Of a stretch of DNA of 39,124 bases, positions 25,503-34,842 are shown piece by piece (position 1 is the first letter of the stretch; every line of letters starts with the position of its first letter). This stretch comes from an uncultured bacterium (GTDB lineage Bacteria; RBG-13-66-14; B26-G2; WVWN01). The DNA is taken from positions 17,858 through 56,981 of the forward strand of contig CAZWAM010000005.1 of assembly GCA_964631855.1 (NCBI GenBank), in the 5' to 3' direction. The position numbers were made by a program, and so were the translations under genes. The notes under the pieces are model-generated. The model was not told the DNA's origin, ran no database searches, and saw only the letters and a program-made list of their open reading frames with translations.

Positions 25503-26612
25503 ATGGCCGATATCAGGATCCCCCTCAAGGACCTAGCGGCGCAGTACCGGGCGCTGGAGGCCGAGCTCGAGCCCGCGGTCCGGGAGTTCCTCGCCTCGGG
25601 GCAGTACATACTCGGGCCGCCGGTGGAAAAGTTCGAGCGCGAGGCGGCCGACTACCTCGGCGTCGAGCATTGCGTGGGCGTCGGCTCCGGGACCGACGCG
25701 CTGCTCATCGCGCTCCGGGCGTTGGGCGTCGGCGAGGGCGACGAGGTCGTAACCACGCCGTTCACGTTCGTGGCGAGCGCGGACGTTATCGTCCGCCTGC
25801 GCGCGCGGCCGGTATTCGTTGACGTCGACCGTGAAACCCTAAATATATCGCCGGGGGCGGTAGCCGAGGCAGTTACGGAGCGAACGAAGGTGGTAATGCC
25901 GGTGCACCTCTACGGTTTGCCCGCGGATATCGCGGCCCTAGCCGCGGCCGCGCCGGGAGTTCCGATTTTGGAGGATGCGGCGCAGGCGATCGGCGGCGAG
26001 GTCGCGGGCCGCAAGGTGGGGTGCCTCGGCGCCGCGGCCGCTTTCTCGTTTTTCCCCACGAAGAACCTCGGCGCTTTCGGCGACGGCGGCCTGGTCGCGA
26101 CGGGCGACGCCGGCGTCGCGGCGCGCGCGCGGCGCTTACGCGTCCACGGCGCCGTGACGAAGAATTACCCGGAGGAGATAGGTTACAAAAGCCGCCTCGA
26201 CGGCCTGCAGGCTACGGTCCTTTCGATAAAGCTTAAACACCTCGACCGATGGGTGGCGCGGACGCGCGAGCTCGTTGGGCGGTACCGCGAGCGGCTGGCC
26301 GCGGTGGACGGCGTAGCGTTATTGGCCGAGCCGGCCAACCGTAGGCCCGCGTATCACCAATTCACGGTCCGGGCGACGCGGCGCGAGGAGCTGCGGCCCT
26401 TCCTGGGCGAACGCGGCATCGCCTCGGCGATATATTACCCGACCGCCGTTCACTTGACGCCGGCCTTCGGATATCTGGGCTACGGCGCGGGCGCGTTCCC
26501 GGAGGCTGAGGAGGCGGCGGGCGAAGTCGTATCGCTGCCCCTCTGGCCCGAGATGGCCGACGAGCAAGTGGAAGAGGTCTGCGCCACGGTGGCTGAATTC
26601 TATGGGCGGTAA
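25503..26612 (+). CDS. DegT/DnrJ/EryC1/StrS aminotransferase (WbpE/WlbC-like)
   Basis: SGTDAL, PVHLYG, EDAAQA, SFFPTKNLGAFGDGG, SRLD. Confidence 0.92.
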   Translation: MADIRIPLKDLAAQYRALEAELEPAVREFLASGQYILGPPVEKFEREAADYLGVEHCVGVGSGTDALLIALRALGVGEGDEVVTTPFTFVASADVIVRLRARPVFVDVDRETLNISPGAVAEAVTERTKVVMPVHLYGLPADIAALAAAAPGVPILEDAAQAIGGEVAGRKVGCLGAAAAFSFFPTKNLGAFGDGGLVATGDAGVAARARRLRVHGAVTKNYPEEIGYKSRLDGLQATVLSIKLKHLDRWVARTRELVGRYRERLAAVDGVALLAEPANRRPAYHQFTVRATRREELRPFLGERGIASAIYYPTAVHLTPAFGYLGYGAGAFPEAEEAAGEVVSLPLWPEMADEQVEEVCATVAEFYGR

Positions 26613-27693
26613 GGGCAGCGTAATGCTCGTAGTGGGCGCGCGGCCGCAGTTCGTGAAGGCCGCGCCGCTTCTTGCCCGGCCGCCGGAGGGGGCGGCGTGG
26701 CTGCTCGTTCATACCGGCCAGCACTACGACTACGAGATGTCGGCGGCCTTCTTCGCGGAGCTCGCCATACCGGAGCCGGCGTACAACCTCGACGTGGGGC
26801 CGCTCGCCCCCGCGGCGCAGCTGGCGGCGATGACGGGGCGGCTCGCGGACGTGATCGAGAAAGAGAGGCCGGCCGCGGCGGTGGTCGTGGGTGACACGAC
26901 TTCCACGTTGGCGGGGGCGTTGGGCGCCTCGCTATCGGCCGTGCCGTTGGCCCACGTCGAGGCGGGCATGCGCTCGTACGACTGGGCCATGCCCGAGGAG
27001 CGGAACCGCGTTTTGACGGACCGGTTGGCCGGGCTGCGGCTGTGTCCCCACGCGGCCGCGGCGGCGAACCTCGCAAAGGAAGGAATAACCGACGGCGTGA
27101 AAGTCGTGGGCGACGTGACGTACGAAGTCGCCGCGGCGGCCTACCCCGAACTCGACGCCGCGAAATATATTACGCCGTTGGGGCTCGAGGCGCGGGGTTA
27201 CGCGTACGTGACGTGCCACCGTCAGGAAAACGTCGACGTCCCGGAACGGCTCGCCGCGGTGGCGGAGGCGCTGGCCGGTTTGAATTTTCCGGTTTATTTC
27301 CCGGCGCACCCGCGGACCGCGAAGGCACTCAAGGCCGCGGGCCTTTGGAGCCCCCTCGAGGCCGCGCGGTACGTGCGCCTCGCCGAGCCGACGACGTACT
27401 TCACCAGCCTCGCTCTCGTCCGTTATGCCGCGGTCGTCATAACGGACTCGGGCGGCGTCCAGCGCGAGGCGTATCTATACGACGTACCGACGCTGACGTT
27501 GCGCGAGCGGACCGAGTGGCCGGAGACGGTGGCGGCGGCCGTCAACCGTCTGGTGGATGTTGAGCCTAAGGCCATAAGCGCGGGCGTAAAGGAGGCGTCC
27601 AGCGCGGCGAGGGCGCGCCGGCCTCGCCTCGAGCTCGTCGGCGAGCCGGCGCCGAGTATGGGCATCGCCGAGGCTCTTAGGCTTTTTATTTAA
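26602..27693 (+). CDS. wecB: non-hydrolysing UDP-GlcNAc 2-epimerase family (WecB/WbpI-like)
   Basis: VGARPQFVKAA, HTGQHYD, GDTTST, HVEAGMRS, MPEERNR, TDSGGVQRE. Confidence 0.9.
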   Translation: MGGKGSVMLVVGARPQFVKAAPLLARPPEGAAWLLVHTGQHYDYEMSAAFFAELAIPEPAYNLDVGPLAPAAQLAAMTGRLADVIEKERPAAAVVVGDTTSTLAGALGASLSAVPLAHVEAGMRSYDWAMPEERNRVLTDRLAGLRLCPHAAAAANLAKEGITDGVKVVGDVTYEVAAAAYPELDAAKYITPLGLEARGYAYVTCHRQENVDVPERLAAVAEALAGLNFPVYFPAHPRTAKALKAAGLWSPLEAARYVRLAEPTTYFTSLALVRYAAVVITDSGGVQREAYLYDVPTLTLRERTEWPETVAAAVNRLVDVEPKAISAGVKEASSAARARRPRLELVGEPAPSMGIAEALRLFI

Positions 27694-27715
27694 GGATTAG
27701 TTCCGGCGAGAGTCC

Positions 27716-27744
27716 TTGACGCCCCCCCTCGGTTATGGTATCAT
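27716..27744 (+). promoter_or_regulatory. tRNA promoter
   Basis: TTGACG, 17 bp, TATCAT with extended TG. Confidence 0.75.
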
Positions 27745-27749
27745 CCAGA

Positions 27750-27823
<74 letters not shown>

Positions 27824-27828
27824 ATATG

Positions 27829-27855
27829 AAAACGGCCCTTTTCGGGCCGTTTTTT
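27829..27855. terminator. intrinsic terminator
   Basis: AAAACGGCCC-TTTTC-GGGCCGTTTTTT. Confidence 0.85.
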
Positions 27856-27890
27856 ATTTATATTTAAGGGAATACTTACCGCCGGTAAGT

Positions 27891-27919
27891 TTGACAACGT
27901 GCGTTTCGTCGGCTATACT
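27891..27919 (+). promoter_or_regulatory. sigma70 promoter
   Basis: TTGACA, 17 bp, TATACT. Confidence 0.8.
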
Positions 27920-27941
27920 GTTACTAAGAAAGGGGGTGCAT

Positions 27942-28874
27942 ATGATGGCAAGGTTTTATAAAGTAGTTTTGATATTGGCGCTCGCGGCCCCGGCGGCGTT
28001 CGGCGGTTGGTCGGTCGTGGAGACAACGGGCGAGCATCTAAGCGACGTACAGATGATTTCGGCCAGCGACGGGTGGGCCGTCGGCGTAGACGGCCAAATT
28101 TTACGCTACAACGGCTCGTCGTGGCGGGCGGTGTCGTCGCCCACGACGCGCGATCTCAACGCCATAAAGATGCTCTCGGCGACGAGCGGTTGGGCGGTGG
28201 GCCACAAGGGGACGATAATACGCTACAACGGCACGCGTTGGACGCTCGTAGGAAGCCCGACCGATAAGCACTTATATTCGGTGGATTTCGCGGACCCGGC
28301 CAACGGCTGGGCCGGCGGCCGCAACGGCGTATTGCTCCGCTACAGCGCCGGTTACTGGCGCGCCGCGGCCAGCCCGACGGCCAGGCATATCAAAGGTATC
28401 GACATGTTGGCGGGTAATTTGGGTTGGCTCGTGGGGGACGCGGGCGTAATTCACCGTTACAACGGCGCGAGCTGGCTGAGCCAGGCGTCCGGTACGAACC
28501 GCGACTTGAAGGACGTCGCTATGTACAACGCGAGCCTGGGCTACGCTGTCGGGACGTACGAGACGGTATGCAGGTACAACGGTACGCGTTGGACAAGGAT
28601 CCACCAGGGCCCGGTGATAACGGGCTTGAACGCCGTGTATGTTGTGAACGCGAGTAACATATGGGCCGTGGGGGGCCAAGGGCTCGCGCTCCGCTACAAC
28701 GGGTACGCGTGGTCGTATAGCGACACCACCGTCACGGTAACGCTCAACGGCGTCCATTTCGTTAACGCGCTGGACGGCTGGGCCGTCGGCAACGGCGGTT
28801 ACATCTTGCGTTATACGAGCGAGACGGCCGTTTCGCCGGCGTCGCTCGGGCGGGTCAAGGCGCTGTTCAAATAA
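27942..28874 (+). CDS. secreted YCF48-like 7-repeat beta-propeller with C-terminal PASLGRVKALFK tag
   Basis: AAGGGGGT SD; signal peptide AFG; about 40-aa repeats L..V....GWAVG..G.ILRYNG..W. Confidence 0.85.
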   Translation: MMARFYKVVLILALAAPAAFGGWSVVETTGEHLSDVQMISASDGWAVGVDGQILRYNGSSWRAVSSPTTRDLNAIKMLSATSGWAVGHKGTIIRYNGTRWTLVGSPTDKHLYSVDFADPANGWAGGRNGVLLRYSAGYWRAAASPTARHIKGIDMLAGNLGWLVGDAGVIHRYNGASWLSQASGTNRDLKDVAMYNASLGYAVGTYETVCRYNGTRWTRIHQGPVITGLNAVYVVNASNIWAVGGQGLALRYNGYAWSYSDTTVTVTLNGVHFVNALDGWAVGNGGYILRYTSETAVSPASLGRVKALFK

Positions 28875-28894
28875 GAAGTTCGTGTCATATGCCG

Positions 28895-28922
28895 AAGAGC
28901 CGGCCTGCGAGGGCCGGTTTTT
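28895..28922 (+). terminator. intrinsic terminator
   Basis: AAGAGCCGGCCT-GCGA-GGGCCGGTTTTT. Confidence 0.75.
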
Positions 28923-29022
28923 AATTAAGGCCGGGGGCGGTTTTATTCGCGGCCGGTTGCTTTGGCCGTTGCAATTCGCGCGAAGGTGTCTTTTAATGGT
29001 GGGCGCAAGGCGCGACGGCGTA

Positions 29023-30570
29023 ATGTTAAAGGGATTCGGCTACCGGCTCGAGAGACTGTCGCCCGCGAGGCTGAGCCTGGCGCTCGCCGGCGTTTTCGCC
29101 GCTTCCCACGTCGTTTATTATTTATTGGGGATTCGTTTCGACGGCACGCCCCTTTTGTGGTATTGGCAGTATTTGGACCCGGAGCTTTTAAGGAATAAGT
29201 TGTGGGAGAGCGTTTTCTATCTGCACAGTCAGCCGCCTTTGTTTAATTTATTTCTGGGCATAGTCTTGAAAGTTTCGCGCGGCGACGGGCGGACGATTTT
29301 TCAAGGGGTCCACCTCGCCGCGGGCTTGACGTTGTACCTATCGCTCTTTTGGTTGCAGCTTCGCCTCGGCGTTTCGCGCGGCGTTGCCGTTGGGTTGAGC
29401 ACGCTATTCCTGCTAAGCCCCTCATTTATTTTATACGAACACTTTTTGTTTTACACGTTCCTCCTTGCAGCCTTGATTACGCTATCGGCTTTGCTGTTCT
29501 ACGAGGTATTGGTACGGCGGCGGACGTGGGCCGTCGCGGCGTTTTTCCTCTCCATATTTTTAATTTGCGGCATACGCCACGTATTTCATATCGCGTATTA
29601 CCTGCTCGCCGCCGCGTTCCTGGCCGCGGCCTGCGCCGGCGCGCGGAGGAAGGTCCTGTTGGCCGCCGCGGTGCCTTTTTTGGTACTTTTTTCTTTTTAC
29701 GCCAAAAACTTTGTGTTATTCGGCCAATTCTCGGCGAGCTCCTGGACCGGTATGAACTTCTGGCAAATGACCGGCACGAACTTGACGCTGCGCGAGAGAG
29801 AGCTTTTGCTCGCCGAGGGCAGGCCGTCGGAGGCGGCCTTGGTGCCACCTTTTTCGGCCGTACGTGATTATCCGGCCGGCTGCGCGGACGTGTCGCGCTT
29901 CCCGGACGTCGAGGCGCTGACGCAGGCCTATAAGTCGACCGGCCCCCATAACTACAACCACCTCGCGTACGTGGCCGTCTCGCGCGAATATTTAAACGAC
30001 TCGTTGTACGTAATGAAGCGTTTTCCCGAGGCTTACTTCAGGGGCCTTTTGAGGTCTTGGTTTATATATTTTAAATCGAGCAGCGATCACGTGAGCGGCG
30101 TCCGGTTCTTGGACGAAACCGGGAATCTGCGCCGCATTTCATTTTTGAACGACGTCTACGATTATGCGTTTTTTGGGCGGGTTTTTATTCGGCCCCTCTC
30201 GCGGGGTATCAGCTCGATTTTTTTATTTAAGGGGGAGGAGAAGGTTTACTTGTTCCTGTGGCTCGGCCTGCCGGTGTTGCTCTTCTACGGCTTCGGCTTG
30301 GCTTTGCGAAGGGGCGGGCCGGGCGCGCGCGGCCTCGAGCGCGACCAACGCCTTACGGTCCTGTATATTTGCCTCAACATCTTGTACGTGGCGCTCGTCT
30401 CAAATATGTTCTCGTGGGCGGAGAACAACCGCATGAGGTTTCCGACGGACCCGTTGTACGTCGCGCTGCTGGGCCTTTTTATTCAGCGAGTTTTGTTGGG
30501 GCGGCGCCGCCTTAGCGGCCGCTTTCGCTCCTCGAGCGACGGCCCTTCCACTTCAGCCGCAGGCCGTTGA
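29023..30570 (+). CDS. multi-pass membrane protein, GT-C-like
   Basis: WQYLD..LL, HSQPPLFN, about 10 TMs, large loop, ENNRMRF; start 29023 or 28996. Confidence 0.7.
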   Translation: MLKGFGYRLERLSPARLSLALAGVFAASHVVYYLLGIRFDGTPLLWYWQYLDPELLRNKLWESVFYLHSQPPLFNLFLGIVLKVSRGDGRTIFQGVHLAAGLTLYLSLFWLQLRLGVSRGVAVGLSTLFLLSPSFILYEHFLFYTFLLAALITLSALLFYEVLVRRRTWAVAAFFLSIFLICGIRHVFHIAYYLLAAAFLAAACAGARRKVLLAAAVPFLVLFSFYAKNFVLFGQFSASSWTGMNFWQMTGTNLTLRERELLLAEGRPSEAALVPPFSAVRDYPAGCADVSRFPDVEALTQAYKSTGPHNYNHLAYVAVSREYLNDSLYVMKRFPEAYFRGLLRSWFIYFKSSSDHVSGVRFLDETGNLRRISFLNDVYDYAFFGRVFIRPLSRGISSIFLFKGEEKVYLFLWLGLPVLLFYGFGLALRRGGPGARGLERDQRLTVLYICLNILYVALVSNMFSWAENNRMRFPTDPLYVALLGLFIQRVLLGRRRLSGRFRSSSDGPSTSAAGR

Positions 30571-31591
30571 CGCAGAGCAATATGAAGGCCGCGGCGGTTA
30601 TGGTCCCGAAGTAGTCGAAGCCCTCTTCCGCGGCCGGCGTCCCGCCCGCGGCCCGGGCCGTAAGGCCGAGGGCGTCGTAGAGCGCGTTGAGGCCTAAGCC
30701 GCCGGCGACGGCCAGAATAATTATCGTCGCGAGGTATATCGCGACCGAGCGCCGCCCGAGGTATTTGCTGAGGACCGTGAGGCTGGCCGCGTTGGTCGCC
30801 GGGCCGGCGAGGAGGAAAGCGAGCGCCGCGCCGGGCGAAAGGCCCTTGGCGACGACGACCGCGGCGATGGGCGTGGCCGCGGTGGCGCATACGTAGATCG
30901 GCGCCCCCAGTATTACCAGCGCCACTATCTGTAGCGTGGGCGAGGAGAGCCGTTCGGCGACGAACGCGGGAGGGACCAGCGCGGCGAGCACCCCGGCCAG
31001 CAGGAAGCCCACGAGCAGGTACGCGGCCATATCCTCGAACATCTCGCCGAAGGCGTAGCGGAGGCCGGCGTAGACCCGGGCCGGCAGGCCCCGCGGCGCC
31101 ATTTCCGCCTCGTTTTCCTCTTCCGCGTCGTCGCACTCGCGCGCGTACGTTTCCGGCACCGGCGCGGGCGGCGCGGAGGGCCGCCCAAAGAGGAGCTCGG
31201 CCGCGCCCGCGGCGAACGCGGTTGCGAAGGCCGCTATAGGCCGCGCTATCGTCATCGGCAGGTCCATGAGCGCGTACGTGGCCGCGATTGAGTCGGCGCC
31301 CGATTCCGGCGTGGAGATTACGAACGAGGAGACGGCGCCTTTGCTCGCGCCCTCGCGCCTTAGCGCCGCGGCCATCGGGATTACGCCGCAAGAGCACAAC
31401 GGCAGCGGGACGCCGATCGCCGCCGCCCAGAAAACGGAACCGAGCTTCCGTCGGCCCAATAATTTGACGACCGCGCCCGTGGGGATGAAAGCCCGCACGA
31501 GGCCGGCGAGGAAAAAGCCCGCCAACATATACGGCGCGGCCTCACGCAGAAGCTCCCACGTCGCGACGATCATTTTTAGTATTATGGCCAC
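30512..31591 (-). CDS. DUF318/ArsP-family permease (SO_0444-like metal efflux)
   Basis: PLPLCSCGVIP, ISTPESGADS, YVCATAATP, AGPATN; GAGGG SD before GTG31591. Confidence 0.88.
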   Translation of the reverse strand: MAIILKMIVATWELLREAAPYMLAGFFLAGLVRAFIPTGAVVKLLGRRKLGSVFWAAAIGVPLPLCSCGVIPMAAALRREGASKGAVSSFVISTPESGADSIAATYALMDLPMTIARPIAAFATAFAAGAAELLFGRPSAPPAPVPETYARECDDAEEENEAEMAPRGLPARVYAGLRYAFGEMFEDMAAYLLVGFLLAGVLAALVPPAFVAERLSSPTLQIVALVILGAPIYVCATAATPIAAVVVAKGLSPGAALAFLLAGPATNAASLTVLSKYLGRRSVAIYLATIIILAVAGGLGLNALYDALGLTARAAGGTPAAEEGFDYFGTITAAAFILLCVNGLRLKWKGRRSRSESGR

Positions 31592-31739
31592 GCTCGCCCT
31601 CGCCCGAAAAAATACCATAATAGTCATAAATGTAAAGTTAATAATCTCTCGACGGCTTACGCGTGAATTGTTTGTGGGGCGGGATTTTCTTTGCCGCGCG
31701 GAAGAAAAAAATATATGCGTGTCAGGTATCTTCGTGCGT

Positions 31740-33704
31740 TTACGGCCCGGGTGACAATTCCCGTACCGCTTCGAAAGTGAAGTCGTCGCTGTTAATCGAT
31801 ACCGCGTCGAAATATAAAGGGGAAGCGGCCCGAACGTCGAATTGTAGCAAGAAGGGGTTTTTACTCGCGAAGCGAAGGCGGTAAGGCCGGTAATCTTCGG
31901 AGGCTACTACCTCTTTGGCCCTCCGGTGGACAATAAAGGAGGAGGGGTCTTTTGCGGAAATGACGCGGGCTGCGATCGTGGCGTGGCAGGACGCGTTGGG
32001 GTCTGCGCGCCGGAGAAGGAATACGAGTCCGTATTCGCCGGGCGGGTAGATATATCCGCGCGAAGGCGGATGGTGTAAGTGGTTTTTGACTAAGTTGGCG
32101 CGGCCGTCGTGCGCGCGGGGGTCGGCTACGAACCTTTTGCCCCCCGGCGCCCAGCACTGCCACTCCTCGACGGTCCCGTACCAGGCGCGAAACAAATCCT
32201 CGTAGTTACGGTTACCTTCGCCCTTCTCAAAGTAAGCGTAGTCGCCGTTGATGTCGACGGGCGCGAGGCCCCACGTTTCGGCCTTCCTTATTAAATCGGC
32301 CAGTTCCGTAGGCGGGTGGAACCGGCGCCCGACCAATAGCGCCTCCGGCTCCGCCGGTATGTCGCCGTACTCGATGGGATAATATATATAAATAAAGGGC
32401 CGTTGCGCGAGGTGGGCTACGAAGACGTCGTCTGCGCATACAGGAATATTGCGAGGTACGCGCGTTAACGCGCCGGCGAGCGCTTTTTCGTGGGCGGTTG
32501 GGAAGGCGGCCGAGACGGTGGGTCGGTAGTAGCGACCGGCGAAGGCGATAATAAAGAGGACTTGCAAGGCGACGGCCAACACGCTCCCGGCGTTAATCAA
32601 GAAGCGCCGCGTTTGACTCGGGTCGGCCCGCACGAGGCGCCTGAGGCCCAGCGCCGCGGCGCCGTAAACAAACGGCAATATCGAGAGGGGATATTGCCAT
32701 CCGATTTGGAAGACGGTGTGCGTACTTGTTAACGCGGGAACGGCAAGCGGCGTCGCCGTCGTTACCAAAGCCGCACCGCCGGCGGGCAGAAAGGCGACGA
32801 CGGGGAGGACGAGCGCCCCGATATAACCGCCTTTGGCCGCTAGTACTTGGGGAGATAGCAGCGCGCCCTCGCCGCGCGAGGCGAGGTCTTTAAAGTAACC
32901 CGAAATGTGTAACGGCGTACCGGGAGGCGCGTACGTCAACCTGGGATAGAGGAAACAGCAAACGCCGCCGAAGTATGCCGCCAATAAGGCCGCGGCGATT
33001 AAACCGGCACGGCGCCGGCCCGCGGCGAAGCCGCCGTATAATGCGAGGGGGACGGCGTGAAGCGCTAAGTCGTCCTGCGCGACCGCTAAGAGCGCCGTGC
33101 AGGCTAAGCCGGCACGAAATTTCTTGTGGCTAAAGAAGTAAAACGCCGCGAGGACCAGGGGGACGGCCAGGGAGCGGGGGTGAAAATCGTAGAAGTTGGC
33201 GCCGTGGAGCGGCGGCGATAAAGCGAAGCTGGCCGCGAGGGCTGCGGCGGGCCAACGCGGCCCGGCTTGGGGTTTGGCGATAATATAGATAAGGGGAATG
33301 CCGCCGGCGATGAAAAGCGTTTGGAGGGGTAAGAGGTACGCCGGGTCGCGGAATATATAAGTGAAGGGGGCGAACGCGGCGAGGAGCGGCGCGCAATGGT
33401 TTATAAATGTCTCGTTCGGGAGCGCGGATTGCCTGAAGAAATAACCCCGGCCGAACTGGTAGATGGCGTTGGCGTAATAGCCGAGGTCGAGGCCGTGAGT
33501 CGCCATGCCGTAATGGCGCGCCAGCGTCAAGGCGGAAAAGACTACGAAGTACGTTAAGGTTAAGGCCCAGACGACGGCTTCGGGCGCGGGTGCTTTTAGG
33601 CGCAGTCTGTTGCGGAACGCGGCTAAGGCCGCATAAATCGCGGCGACGGCGGACGCGAGGACCGAGAGAACCAAGGCTTCTTGTATCGCGACGTTTATAG
33701 GCAC
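31740..33704 (-). CDS. DUF2079-like GT-C membrane protein with C-terminal beta-sandwich domain
   Basis: DLGYYANAIY, NHCAPLL, NFYDFHP, WQYPLSI; GGGAGG SD. Confidence 0.8.
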   Translation of the reverse strand: MPINVAIQEALVLSVLASAVAAIYAALAAFRNRLRLKAPAPEAVVWALTLTYFVVFSALTLARHYGMATHGLDLGYYANAIYQFGRGYFFRQSALPNETFINHCAPLLAAFAPFTYIFRDPAYLLPLQTLFIAGGIPLIYIIAKPQAGPRWPAAALAASFALSPPLHGANFYDFHPRSLAVPLVLAAFYFFSHKKFRAGLACTALLAVAQDDLALHAVPLALYGGFAAGRRRAGLIAAALLAAYFGGVCCFLYPRLTYAPPGTPLHISGYFKDLASRGEGALLSPQVLAAKGGYIGALVLPVVAFLPAGGAALVTTATPLAVPALTSTHTVFQIGWQYPLSILPFVYGAAALGLRRLVRADPSQTRRFLINAGSVLAVALQVLFIIAFAGRYYRPTVSAAFPTAHEKALAGALTRVPRNIPVCADDVFVAHLAQRPFIYIYYPIEYGDIPAEPEALLVGRRFHPPTELADLIRKAETWGLAPVDINGDYAYFEKGEGNRNYEDLFRAWYGTVEEWQCWAPGGKRFVADPRAHDGRANLVKNHLHHPPSRGYIYPPGEYGLVFLLRRADPNASCHATIAARVISAKDPSSFIVHRRAKEVVASEDYRPYRLRFASKNPFLLQFDVRAASPLYFDAVSINSDDFTFEAVRELSPGP

Positions 33705-33725
33705 GGGGCCTCCCTCGACCTCGGT

Positions 33726-33836
33726 ATTCTATAATCGCCCGGTCGGCTTCGCAATACTATAAATCTTGTAAGTCCGGATTTTGGCTTTGGGTATGTATCG
33801 CGAGTTCTTGACGGCGAGGCCGGCGCGTGTTAGATT
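33726..33836. promoter_or_regulatory. divergent sigma70 promoter pair
   Basis: Minus: TTGCGA(33754-33749), 17 bp, TAGAAT; plus: TTGACG(33808-33813), 17 bp, TAGATT with extended TG. Confidence 0.6.
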
Positions 33837-33875
33837 TTGGGCGTCCGCTCAGGGCTAAAACCTTGGGAGGTAGTA

Positions 33876-34781
33876 ATGACCGAGCGATTCGTCAAAGCCG
33901 CAGCGGTAATAGTCCTAACGGTTGCGTGTGGCGGCGGCGGGCCCGGGCCGGAAGAAGGACCTGCGCCTTGGCGGCCCGTCCATAGCCCCACGACGAAGGA
34001 TATAAATGCCCTCTGGGTGATAGCCGAGGATGACATCTGGGCCTGCGGCGCCAGCGGCAACATATTGCAATACGACGGCTACGAGTGGCGCCTCGACATC
34101 ACGGCGCCCGCGCCCGACTTTTTCGACGTTCAATTCGTTTCGCCGGCGCAAGGATGGGTTTGCGGCAAGGACGGTTGGGTCGGCCGCCGCGACGGCGGCG
34201 AATGGAGCCGCGTGCCCGGGAATGTGCGTACAAACGACCTCCACGCGTTGCACGCCCACGGCGCGATGGAGGCTTGGTTCTGCGGCAGCCGCGGCGTTGT
34301 CCTCCACTACCTGAACGGCGAGTGGAAGGACGAGTCGCCGGGTATCGATGAAGACCTCCACGGCATCTGGGTAGTCGACCAGGACCGGGGCTGGCTCGCG
34401 GGCGATAACGGCCGCATACTCAGAAGGTCGAACGGCACATGGGTCCCGGTTACGGGCCCGGTCGAGGCACATTATCGCTGCGCGTTCTTCGTAGCCGACG
34501 ACGAGGGCTGGTTCGGCGCTACGGACGGCTACGTCGTTCACCTCAAGGGGGGCGGCTTTTCCAAGACCCGTCTCCCGAGCCCGGAGACCGTTACGGGCCT
34601 TTACTTCAAAAGCGACGGCCGCGGCTACGCCGTGACCCGGGCCGGGAATGTATATACCTATTCGCTCAAGGGCGGCTGGCAATCGTGGGGCGGTCACAAC
34701 ATGCCGCTTTTCGACGTCTCGTTCGCGGGCGAAGACGAGGGCTGGGCCGTCGGCGCGAAAGGTACTATTCTCAGGCACTGA
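33876..34781 (+). CDS. YCF48-like beta-propeller lipoprotein
   Basis: GGGAGGT SD; lipobox TVAC; same repeat type as 27942..28874. Confidence 0.82.
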   Translation: MTERFVKAAAVIVLTVACGGGGPGPEEGPAPWRPVHSPTTKDINALWVIAEDDIWACGASGNILQYDGYEWRLDITAPAPDFFDVQFVSPAQGWVCGKDGWVGRRDGGEWSRVPGNVRTNDLHALHAHGAMEAWFCGSRGVVLHYLNGEWKDESPGIDEDLHGIWVVDQDRGWLAGDNGRILRRSNGTWVPVTGPVEAHYRCAFFVADDEGWFGATDGYVVHLKGGGFSKTRLPSPETVTGLYFKSDGRGYAVTRAGNVYTYSLKGGWQSWGGHNMPLFDVSFAGEDEGWAVGAKGTILRH

Positions 34782-34842
34782 CGGCTATCGGTAGATACGT
34801 TCGAGCACGTCGGCTGAGCCGGGACGGTCTAAGGTTTAGGCG

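Noticed and set aside
27990-28820. Periodic CGCTACAACGG-like repeats resembling an array
   Set aside because: Coding repeats (RYNG) of the propeller, not CRISPR
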